From: Amphiscolops sp. MND2022 | Lineage: Eukaryota | Direction: 5' to 3' | Length of the DNA stretch: 64,000 nt | NCBI GenBank assembly: GCA_964187785.1 | Contig: OZ076413.1 | Span: 42,718,001 to 42,782,000, forward strand | Shown here: positions 48,101 through 60,100 of the stretch, one piece after another | Position numbering within the stretch: the first letter of the stretch is position 1 | Layout of the letters: each line of letters begins with the position of its first letter | Program-made: the position numbers and the translations under genes | The notes under the pieces: model-generated | What the model was told of the DNA's origin: nothing | Seen by the model: the letters and a program-made list of their open reading frames with translations, nothing else | Database searches by the model: none

Positions 48101-51100
48101 CACGTTAGAATAGTTGCTCAAATTGACACCAAAATTGACGAAAATATTTCCAATTTTTTTCCAAATCTGGTGAAACTATATGCATTGATATAACAAACGG
48201 GGACCGTTCAAATTGCTTAAACTTTCAAAGGAGCTAGTATCAAGCTTTTCTTGTTTTCTCAGTGCCAAAAATTACCCCAAGTAATACGACTGAGACTCGT
48301 AAATCACTTTTCTCCAACAGAAACCCCAAAAAATCCAATTTTGAATTTTTTCCGTAAAGTCCTATGATGACGAAAGAAGTTTCAGCTCGAAAAACTACTT
48401 TCGCAAGCCGAAATCAGCTAAAAAAGCAAGGAGGTAGCTTCGACCAAATGAAAGTTCCGGAAAGACGCACAGATCCGAAAAAAATTTAAATGATGTATTT
48501 TCCAAAATCAATAAGAAAACACATCAATTTCACATGATCAAAAGTAACAAGTTTCCCGAGTCTTAAGTGTGTTCACACTATTTCCTTTACCGAAAACCTA
48601 AAGAACTAAAAATTTTGAAAACAACTTTTTCTCGCAAACTTTTTTCGAAAAAATCAAAATATTAAATTTTACTCGTTAAGACGCCTAGTGCCGACAAACC
48701 GAAGGGTAGTTAGCTATCACAGAAATAGTAAAGACGTGTTTCTTTACAAATTGGGCTTAAATGAATCAAAGCTTTTTTATTCGAACTTTTTTGCGTTATT
48801 ATAGTGGAATAACTATTCTTGAGCCTCAAATTTATGTAGTTGTATAACAGTTTGGGGGGCATATCCCGCTGTTCAGCGGGCGTCTTGTTCAAAAAATAAT
48901 CCGAATAACGGCTGTAAATTGATTGTAACGTTCATTGTATAAATTTCTTCAAGGAATGTTTTGACAAGAGTGACAAAAACGCTGTTTCATACAAAAATCT
49001 CACATTTGATCTCTTCCTTGTCTTTCTTCGAGTCCAGAAATACCAAAACCTACGTGGTTACACAGTTTTGGTATTGTGAGTCAAGTAAAATGGAAGGAAC
49101 GTTTAACGATAAAACTTCAAAAAAATTAATTTTTTCATTACTACTTTCTCAACACAATAAAGAAAGATCCCATTCATCTTTGGATTTGAACAAACAAAGC
49201 TCTCTCTATAAGAAACAGTAACTCAGCTTTGGCCAACAAAGTCTTCATTTCATGTATGTACAAACTTGCTGGTGTGATTTAACAGTTTTAATTTGTGAAA
49301 TACTTCGGTTCCGTGAACGTTTGAATGTTAAAATCAATAAGAGTAATAACAAAAATAATTGAATTTATCGGGTGACAAATAGTTGACATAAAAATACAAA
49401 TCAGAATATAATAAAAAACACCAGAAAGACCACCAAAAGTCTTCCGCCCGCGGGAAGGGAGCCTTAGCAAATTGACAACACCGAATTGTAGGCCTTATTA
49501 TTAAACATACTGACTGAACCTATAGTCAAATTCGAAAACGCGATCGGCCTCGAGGCCGACTAAGCGTATCGGAAAAAAAAGAAACAAAAAATAACTTTCA
49601 ATACTTGACACTTGCTTCATCGGCAGCGTGTAAGCTAAGCTCTATTATCTAAAGTGATTCAACTCATAACCAAATAAAGAGCACAGATTTTTTTCGGGAA
49701 AAGCGTCAAAAAGGGTGGAACAATCCGAACTCAGAACGGCCTAATAGAGCATTTTGGTGAAATTTGCCGATGCAACCCCCTCTACTCACAGCGGAACGTG
49801 CCTGGTAACCCTCAGGGAGGTTTACATAGAGGACAAGGAGGACCTTCTAAGTGAGACCATGCAGTCAAAAACTCAAAGTCAGTAATTGGAAGGTAGCTCA
49901 TTGCATTAGCTCAGCCATGTCAAGAACTTTGTTCTAGTAGCATCATTTGTTTTCAGTACAACCTTTTTCTCAGAAACTTTTTCCAAGGACATGATAAATA
50001 CAGCATCTTTTTGTAAAGTGAGCCTAATCAATTGGTAGCCAATCAATCACGGATCTTTTCTGTTAATTCCCCCCCACCATTTTAATTCCCCCAGTTAAGC
50101 GGTCAAGTGAAATTATCATTGCATTAATAATAACAACCAGTCAAACTGCAGTATTTCATAATTCTAAATGCAACTGAAACTCATCGCTGATAGTGGTGGG
50201 GAGTTGAAATTTCCGAGCTTAACGGGGGTAATTAACAGTAAAGATCCTCAATCGCAGTCTACAGGTGTACAGGTGGTCACTGATGCCGAGGTGGCATTCG
50301 CAAGTAAGTTTTAGTTCAAATGTAAAAAGCGTGATGTCAACCTACACCTACAATAATTTTGTTGTCAGTCCAGCACTTCACCACTTCGCCAACGGCGCTT
50401 CTAACAAATTTTGTTTTGACTAAGCAATATTTTCCATTTAGTGCTGCCTACATAGTCTTTACTACATGCAGTGCAAGCAAAGAATATAGTGCGACAAGAT
50501 TCTTTTATTATCCTCAGTTAGATGGTGTAGAAAAGAATGAAGGGTTATTACCAGGAAGAATGAGTTTCGGCGCTGCTGATGAGTGCCGAGATAAACCAAT
50601 AAATTCAAGAATGCCGTAAACGTTTCAACGTGTAAGCGGAAGATATTTAACGTGCTATACTGTTTCAACTATCGCATAAGTATCCTGTCCAATAAAGTTA
50701 CGTCATTTTTACACGATGCATAGCTATGCTTAACAACCTATTTGCACGTTAGTTTTTGTTCTCGTTTGTCCCGCTCGCATTTCAGTGTATGTTTTCAGTT
50801 TCAAAATGCAACTCAAAGTGCATTACGTTAGAATTTAAGGTCACAAATTACCTCTCGAAAATCGCTTCAAATCTTACAAACCCAAGACAATGGTTTCCTC
50901 GTTTTCTGTCGCATTTGCTCGACTGAAGCCTTCAAACGCACCAAATCAAATCACGTTTCGGACCATTTATCAAGTGCGCAACATTCCAAAGCAAGGAAAC
51001 TTCATTCGCTTCTATAAAAAACACTTGCTTTGAATCTTTCAAGCAAATTCGAAGACACCTACATTCTTGAACCCACTGAGGCATAGTTTGAGGACAGCAG

Positions 51101-54100
51101 CGGCAAAGGCTCGGGGTGAAACAATCAGTGAACCGGCAGAAATTGCGATTTGTTTATTCGCACCATCTACTACAGTGGACCTCGAACGATTTTTCAGTTG
51201 CCTGCAGGCGTTTATGCATGATCGACCATGCATGACCAAAGAAACTCTTGATATGCTGCTTGTCAAAAAATATAAAGAACATTTATGAAAAAATACATTG
51301 TTTCTTCGTCAATTTTCGAGTGCTGATTTTAAGAAATAAGAGTGCCGATTTCGCAATAAATAGTCCCGCCGTTTTGAGAAAATAAGTGCTGAAATTTATT
51401 CCTCCTGGTGTCGTAAGCGCGTAAATTAGGTTGACTACCAAATTGATAATCGCAGCGCGTTCACTTCTATTGTTTTTCTTGGTTTTCTCACCGTAAGTTT
51501 CCTCGAAATTCATCCCCGGTCTCTCGGACGGAGCGTTCCACCTGTTTAGTGTCGGTTGTCCCGATCTGGCATTTAGGACGGATTGAATTTGCGGTAAGAT
51601 CTGATCACTAATCGCATCACTAATTGCTCTTTGGATTTGGGTGTTGACACTACTCATCATTTCATCTAGTTCTCTAGACAACCTTGAGTTCAACTCACTT
51701 GATAACTTATTGATCTCGGCAATCGAAACACCTCCTGTTGAGTTTTGGCCATGATTAGCACTAGTACCAGGACCAAAGTCCCCCATATTCAAATGGTTAT
51801 TTTCATCATTGTTTTCGAATTCATCTCCTGAAGCACTTCCAGTCCTCCTAGCTCGATTACTACTAATACTTTCATCTCTCTCATTTCTGCCAAAGTGGTT
51901 TTCACCAAGCATGATGTCTAAGTTCTCTATATCTGAGAGCATCTCAATTCCTCTTGACTTTCTAGCTTTTTTCTGCTTCCTCGTGGTAGGCATCGAAAAG
52001 AGTCAATGAAGTATTTAACTCGGAAAATAACAGTGGAACCGTTTGTATAACAATCTTCACTAGATTCATTCAATATGAATTGTGTCCCACTCAGGCTAAA
52101 TACAAGTATATATACTCATGAGTGGATGACATTCACATTTCTCACATACTTCTAGTTAAGAAATAGGTTTACAAGATACATGACTTCAAAGCACATATGT
52201 TGGTGAAGTCCCGAATGGGAAAATTCCTAACATTCAGATAATTTCTGAGAACTCAACATCAATCGAATAACATTCTAACAGGTATACAAGCCGTAACTTC
52301 AAGTAGCATATTTATGAAAACATCATCATCATTTTGTCAACAAATACCAATACTCGTTGACGGAATGTGAAAAACATCCCATTTGAATGTCAATGCAGCG
52401 TGCGATGCCACGCGTCTATCATTTAGCACTGGGCAGAACAAAATTAAATAATACATGCTTGACTTGTTTAAGATAATACTGCACTGTTAAAACAAAGTAC
52501 TTTCCTAACAAGGCCGAAAACGGCCAAATCCGGTTTATTAATCCAGTACTGAGGGGAAAGGGGTAAAAAGCCTTGTCCGGCCTTCAAGTTAGCACTATGC
52601 TTATTTAGTTCGTTAAACAGCACGGGAGTGTTTATTTAACACTAAGAACACGTTAATAGTAGTTCCTGACTAATACGGTTAATTACCAGTACAAATATAT
52701 TAAGCGACATCATATTTTATTGAGAATGCCGAAACCGGCCTTTTGACTAAAGTGTGAAACAAAACGTATATGTTGAGTCAATTGGCCTTATTCGGCCGCC
52801 ATTATATTAAAGTTGTTTTAATCTCACAAATTGAAGCGATGTGATTGGCCAGGACAACGAGCTCAAGTGACGCTTTTGGATTAGCACTGTACATCACTTG
52901 AACACGTTTCCTATACTTTTTTACAGTTGCTTCAGCTTACAATCGAGTAGTTTTGCATTTTATTTGTTTTATTTGCACTCCTTGCATAATAGCTTGCTTT
53001 GGACATTTCCATGTTGTACAACTTTAACAGACTAATACTGGCTTTATCAAAATACATAAACACTACATGAATAAATGAACATAAGGAAAAGCGTAATTAA
53101 AACAAGTTTCTAAAGTTTGTTGTTTGCGTTTTAATATATTGGTAGAGTTCCCGGTGTTATGTCCTGTCCGGACGCCGTTGTGGTGTAACTTTTCCCGTCA
53201 CAGGCGGCATACTGCGACACCTGGTTATTACTGTACATGGTATATTCCGGTTATTATTCTGTTTGCTATAGCTACAGATTTGCTACAGATCGGTAGATGT
53301 CAATAGTTCATGATTTAAAGTACGTACTTACCAGCATACACTTAATGTATTTATCTGGAATCATCTCACTACTACACTTACGTATCTATAGATACGTAAG
53401 TGTAATAGTGAGATGATTCCAGATAATAAATACATTAAGTGTATGTTGGTAAGTACGGACTTTATATTATGACCTATTGACATCTATCAATTTGTCACAT
53501 TCTTTGAGTACTAATTTAAGAAACCCGACACTCGAAATTCATTTTGAAACCTTGTGTGGAAGCCAGTGTTGGAATTTTTGGAGCACCGGTGGCTAACAAC
53601 CGGAACTGACTTTACCAGCTGTCACCGGTGGTCTATCAGTGGTCACCGGCACGATAGAGTGTCAGGCCGGGAGTACAAAAATTAGTTTTTTTGACAAGTT
53701 TGAAAGAAACTAGACAAATAATCAGTGGCATGCTTGAATTAATCGATGGTAATCATAGTTCAAATAAGATGCTTGAGTGAGCAGGTTCAATAACAAAATT
53801 TTCAGATATTATCGTACGTTTCATAAAATGTCAAAGTAGTGAACTGCGCGTCTTGATGCATCACCTCAATGATGAAATTGCTCTTGGTTAATAAAAATGG
53901 GACAAACTTCAGGAGAATGAAATTTTAAGAAGTCTAAAAACTTAGAAATCTTAGTTCAAAAGTTTAAAATTTCCTTTGATACACAAATGGATACTTTCTA
54001 AACTTGACTTGAATTTTGACAATCATATTTTTGCTTCTACGGTTTCTTAAGTAAGGTTTACCCTCAGAAATAACGAATTTTGAATCGCTAAGATCTTGCA

Positions 54101-57100
54101 AAATTGAATTACTGAATTACTTGTACATTTTCTTACAAGATTTTACTGAACAATTTGTAAGAATTTTGCGGAAGTCGTTTTCTTCACAAGGGTTTTTTTT
54201 GTTTCAGCTCGCTCGTAAAGCCGACTTAGACAGCGACGAAGCGGACCGACTCCTCTCAAATTATTATGTTGTCACAATTGCAGCAACAGATGGCAAATAC
54301 ATAACGCGAAACTATGTGACAGTTAAAATAACACCTGTGAACGACAAGACTCCGACAATTTCAGCCAATCCCATCACAGCTAAGATCAGCGAAGCTACCC
54401 AATCAGGGACGCTGCTTTCTAGTGTTGTCGCCACAGACAACGATGACGTCATTCTGCAGAAAGATTTTAGCGCGGCTAGCGTGAGGTATACACTGGGTAC
54501 TGTCACTGGTACTGGCATCACTCTGGGTTAGTGATGGAATCCATTTTGGGAAATTTTGGTTATTTTTCAATTTCTGGTAATTTTAGTTCGTAAAAGCAAA
54601 TTGAAATTTCACTTAAAAAGAGCTTGTATGAAACTTTTAAAGTAAATGCAGTGCTCAAACTAAATGGCTCCACTAAACGTTGATCTCTGAAATATGAATC
54701 AATTGCCCATGTTTTAATTCTTATCCCTGAAACATGGACATGATCAAGGATCTTCATAAAATTCATGATCATTCTTCGAATGTTCCATGATCTTGAAATT
54801 TTGAGTCATACATCAAAATCTTTGACTGGTAGATCTGAACAGTCTTGGCGCTTACTACAAATTCGATCGAAAAGTTTACATTACGATACATATGCCGCAA
54901 CGAACTAGCAAGATCTTGCTAGTTCGATTAACAGCCAATAGAAACGCGTTATTATTTCTGATACGCGTTACGAGTTTTGCTCGTTACACTGTGTGATTTG
55001 GCGTTACGCGTAGTGATCAAACTACAGTAAATGACTACTTTACACTCTCTACAATTACGTCCTTTGACTGGTTTCCACTTCATAAGCCTAGTAGGCATAC
55101 CCGAAATTTTGGAAAATTTAACACAAGAATGTTATAGATTAACCCTAAATGGACCATGGTACGATTTCGTACCAGTTAAATTCTACAAACTTCTAAACGC
55201 ACCAGCTGACCGTATGGTGAAGAAAACTATTGAATAAGATTTTCAGACAATTTCACGTAGCATTGCACGTCTTTTCACGGAATATTGACATGAATGATAT
55301 CTCCGAAATCAAGAAAATGGGACCAAAAAATCCAGCACAGATTTTCCGTTTTTCCAAATTTCGTTTCTGGCCCTTTTATCCCACTGGTTTCAAGATTGGG
55401 TCGAAGTGACCCTAGCATATTTTGAAACATGCTGAAATGCAATGAGAGACACGAGGCGTGCAAAGTTTTGGCGCAAAGTCCGGAGCCAATGCGGCGCTAG
55501 CGGGCCCCAGCCCAGCAGTTCAAACATCAAATTGAAAGCCCTGATTGTCTTCTTTCGAACTGTCATGAATAGTTTGTCGGACTTGAATAGTTTAGGAGAT
55601 ATTGCAGTTTAAAGTTTAAACACCAGATTTTTGGATGGATCCGAAAATGTTATCGTCTATGTAGGGTTAATATCAATCTCACACCGGTAAATCTTTATTT
55701 TATCACAAACAATTTTTCGAATTTGTCTGGGTAATATTCTTTCTGGCTATTGAGATTTTATGATTTTGATCAAAAAATGCTCTCAGTCCAGTGTAATGTT
55801 GATTTTTCAGATTCGTCCTATTTTGCCGTTGACTTCTTAACTGGCCAGTTGACCTTGGTGAAAAGCATAGACGTAGATGACGCTGATTCAACAAGGTCAA
55901 TTACCGTCCAGGTCAGTTCACAAATGAATAAATACAATTAAGTTTTAATTGTGTTTCAGTTTATACATTAATATTTATCTGACCGAATAAATACAAATAT
56001 TCCAATATTCAATCAAATATTACAAAACGTATTTTACTAAAAACTGCATGTCAACTTTTGGACTTTGTTGCAAAAAAACTGAGTTTGATATTGCACAATA
56101 CAAAATACCAACTGAATTTGGGTCAGAATAACGGTCGGGAACTATCTACAAACAAACACTTTGAAAAATAGTTCATTCTTTCGTTTCGTGTAATCTTACA
56201 TCATTATAATACACAATTTTTGTTAGTTTCCAAATATTTCGCTGAAATTTGTTTCACATTTGAGATTACGAACACTTTTGTAGGTTGTACTACTTTACTC
56301 AGTTGTCTTTTATCAGCGTTGATTTCATGGATAATCATCCATGTTTCATGCATGTTAGATGGGTTCCCATTCATGATGCATGCCATGAGCAGCCACGGTT
56401 CATGGATGGAAATCCATGATTATTTCGAAACATTTCATACTTTTTGAAAGAATGTTCAATGCAATTCACTGAATTTCAGATCGAAGCCTCGGACAATTAC
56501 GGGGCGGGAAACGCCGCAACTCCGGTTACAGTCACAATACAAGTTGAGGATGTGAACGACAACGCTCCCACGTGCACGGGGGTGAACCAGTTCATATTTG
56601 CGCACCTGGATGAAGACCAGACTACCCCCCACACTCTTCTGGATCTGTCTGGATGCACTGACAAGGACTTCGACGATGGACAGGCATGGGGCACTGAAAT
56701 ATTTTCTGGGGGCAGTGGCGATGCAGCCGGCAAGCAGTATTTCAAACTGGAGGCCAATATTCTTAAACTCGTTGAACCACGTGAGTAATGTTTTTTTAAT
56801 CGTTGATTTCTTTATTTCGAATAACACGAATGCGAAAATGTTATCAGGGAAATTTGGAAAATCTTTTCGGATCCAGCTGAATTTTAACGCCATAATAATT
56901 CTTATCTCCTAACAATTCAAATTTTTTAACAATATTTTTGTTAGCAGAAATTATCCAACTGTAGATGTTCAATAATTTGTGAGAAAACTTCAGATCCGAA
57001 CGGAAAAAGGCAAATCAATATGTCGAAAATGAACAAATATATTACAACACTGCATTTCGAAGTTTTTGCGTAATGTTTTTTGTTTTTTCAGTGGACTACG

Positions 57101-60100
57101 ACTTCGAACAAACAATTTTTGAGATTGTAATTCGGCTGTTCGAGACTGACGAAGGACCCAAAGAGGACCACGACTCGTACTTCACAGTAATCGTTACGGT
57201 TGGACCAGCGCAAGACGGCGTTCCTGATTGGGTGACGACTGAGTACACAGCCTCGTTGCTGAAGGACACCCCGTTCGGCACAGCTGTGATGATCACGCCG
57301 CCGACCTTCAGTTACACCGACCCAGACGGGTTTGACCCTGAGAACCCGGATGCCTATGGTACAATGGCTATCAGTCTGTGCAAATGCGGTAAGTACAGTA
57401 GCCGATTGTTCTTCGACGTTTAGCCTATGGAAAGAAATTAAATCGACGATATTTTACTTACAAGTCAAGAGCAAACACGTATTTCTTCGTGAGTCCTTGT
57501 TGAACCTGTATTTTTATGAGTCAAATTATATCCTAGATCTTGCCAATTAATTTCTTATTGTGCCGGAACTATTGCAGGAAAGATGAATTACGATAATATT
57601 TAGTAGTGAATATATTGCACTTGTTCTCTAGTTCATGCGAATTCCTTGGAAATCCGAAAAAAAACATATTTTTTCTTCCAACTTCAAGTCCATCAATCAT
57701 ATCTTTTGTTTAGGTGTGGTTTTCGCCATTTTTTCTTTAACGCGGTTTTTGCTTTCAGACTCAAACAGCATCTCTCCCTGTCCGATCACCTTGAACGAGG
57801 AAGCAGAGGAGTTGTACGTGATTGGAGACCTGACTCCGTACTCCGAGTGCATTTTGACCTTTGAACTCACTGACCTCGCCGGTGGCAAGAGTGACCCAGA
57901 CGCCACCCTTACCATCACGCTCTCAGACGACGATGTTCCCGTGTGTGACCCCAAGACTGTCAAAATTAGCATCACAGAGACACAAGGTGAGCATCAAGTT
58001 GGAAACATTTTGGTTGAGAAACTCATGTCGCATACATGCATAGGTGTTAATACCGGTATATGCTATTGTTAATGTATGTCCAAAAGTTTTGAAAAAATTT
58101 ATAGACCAAGTAGTTTTTCTTCACATTTTGTTAAAAATAATATTGTCTTTTACTCAGAACACAATATCCCTTTTAACCTACCATAGCCCCAAATCAGTTC
58201 CTTTGCATTGATTATTAGAGATTAGAAAGTTTTCTTGAATAGAAGTGTTTTTCAAGAGAAAACATTCTCTGCAATTTATCGAAACTTCCACTATTTCCTT
58301 TTTGCTAGTAAAGTACCAAAAATTATCTCAATCGACCACCTGGTGTTCAGCAGTGCTTTATGCTCGTAAGAGTATAAGCCCTTGCCAATTAATTAGCCAC
58401 TAATTAACCCCTTGTCAACCAGTTTTGGGCCAGAACGTTTGGAATATTCCAACGTTAATCGATGATCATTCTATTCCAGCGGCTTCCCAGGTTTTAATAT
58501 CTGACCTGAAATGTACCGATGGAGATGGCGATGCTCTGACCTATGTCATGGACCCGGGTCACCCATTCTTTGAAGCCGCAGTGGCTTCGGGGTTAGGTCA
58601 ACTGAAAACATCAGCAGCAGCAGCGTTTGACTTCGCGACCCAAAGTTCCTACCTGCTTGGAGTGACAGCTTCTGACCCGGAAGGGAATTCAGATCACGTG
58701 GAGATATTAGTCATAGTCACGAGTGTGAATGATGGAACTATAGCGTGCACACCTTTCCCAGCGGGGGCCCTGGAAGTTTCAGAGGGAACCGAAGTGAATA
58801 CGAAGTTAGGAGAACTCTCGTGTAAGGACGAAGATGGGGACGAGACTGCCAATGGACAGCTGACTTACACTTTGACCGGGAGTGAAGATAACCTGGTCAT
58901 TGACCCAGTGAGTGGGGCGTATTATCTTGCAAAGGTCATTGACTTTGAAGATACAGGACTGACAAATCCCGTGACTGTGAGCTTTGTGGTCACTGACGGA
59001 TCCGGAGATTCCATCACAGAAACGGTTAGTAGACACATTAGTTGAAAGTTCATGAAATTCTTGCATCTTGCATGGAACTAAACGTTTTATGAAACGTGTA
59101 AATTTCAGATACCTTGCATAGAAGAATCTTTTGCAACTTGATTGCAGCATGAAAATTGTTCAAACTCTGTCAAGAATTTTGATAATCTGTTTTTCAAACA
59201 TCAAAAAGGAAAAAAAGTCGAGTATATAATTTTTGGCGATTAATATTTTCAGCGTGAAATTCAATACACCAACATCAACGATAACAAACCGACTTGTGCA
59301 GTCACGTATGACACAACAAACGCTGTCAATGGCGTCATAGAAGAAGGGACTGCTGCTGACACCAAAATAGCCAGTCTCACTTGCGAGGACCTCGACTCAA
59401 CGGCCACGTTCACCCAGGAAATCTCGCTGGTCTTCACCGGAGACACTGACCGCACTCTCTTCAAATTCAGCCCCACAAGCTGCACTCTAGGTCAGTAGTC
59501 GGTACTTATTACGTCATGTTGCGTCATATATATGCTCCCTAATAGTTCTCTGAAATATTCTGTTAGAACTTAAGAGAAATACCCGAAAAATTCAAATGTG
59601 ATTGAAGCGATGTGATACATCAAAATTCATTTCTTTTGCGTCTTTTTTAATAGGAATTCCTATTGAAAATTTTTCGATACTTTAAAAAGTAATTTTTTTT
59701 ATGCTTCCGCATAATATAAAAGCCTAAACTCATTTTGTGTTGCAAGAAAATGCTCTCATCTTTTATATTATGCGGAAGTATCTAAAAATTTTGGCGAAAT
59801 CAATGGGGCTATTTATATGGATATTTTTCAGCATTTCTGATTCACACTAATTTATTTAGTGTTATGTAAATAAGCCAAAGATTTGTTCGAGAAATTTTGT
59901 AAGATATTTTGTTAAATGTAATCGATTACATAGGTTAAAAAGATAATAGTAGGTTAAAAAGAATGTTATAACCACGAAGAACTTTTTATTTTGTTCACAC
60001 TCAGTTGACTTCAGGAAGTTGCTTGATGTCTTAGTTACATTATGTCCAACAGTTTGGGAAAATCCAGAAGATGCCAGTTTCTGATGCCTTGTTTTAGCTG

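Noticed and set aside
49792-50303. Inclusion of the two mini-segments as a 30-aa in-frame insert between cadherin exons 8 and 9 (59 + 31 nt)
   Set aside because: It is arithmetically possible, but the peptide (RNVPGNPQGG...) would split a cadherin beta-strand, whereas direct exon 8-9 joining gives a normal repeat.
54901-54926. Perfect 26-bp palindrome CGAACTAGCAAGATCTTGCTAGTTCG (also the 16-bp TCGGCCTCGAGGCCGA at 49544-49559)
   Set aside because: These are short isolated palindromes in repeat-like DNA with no supportable termini or function.
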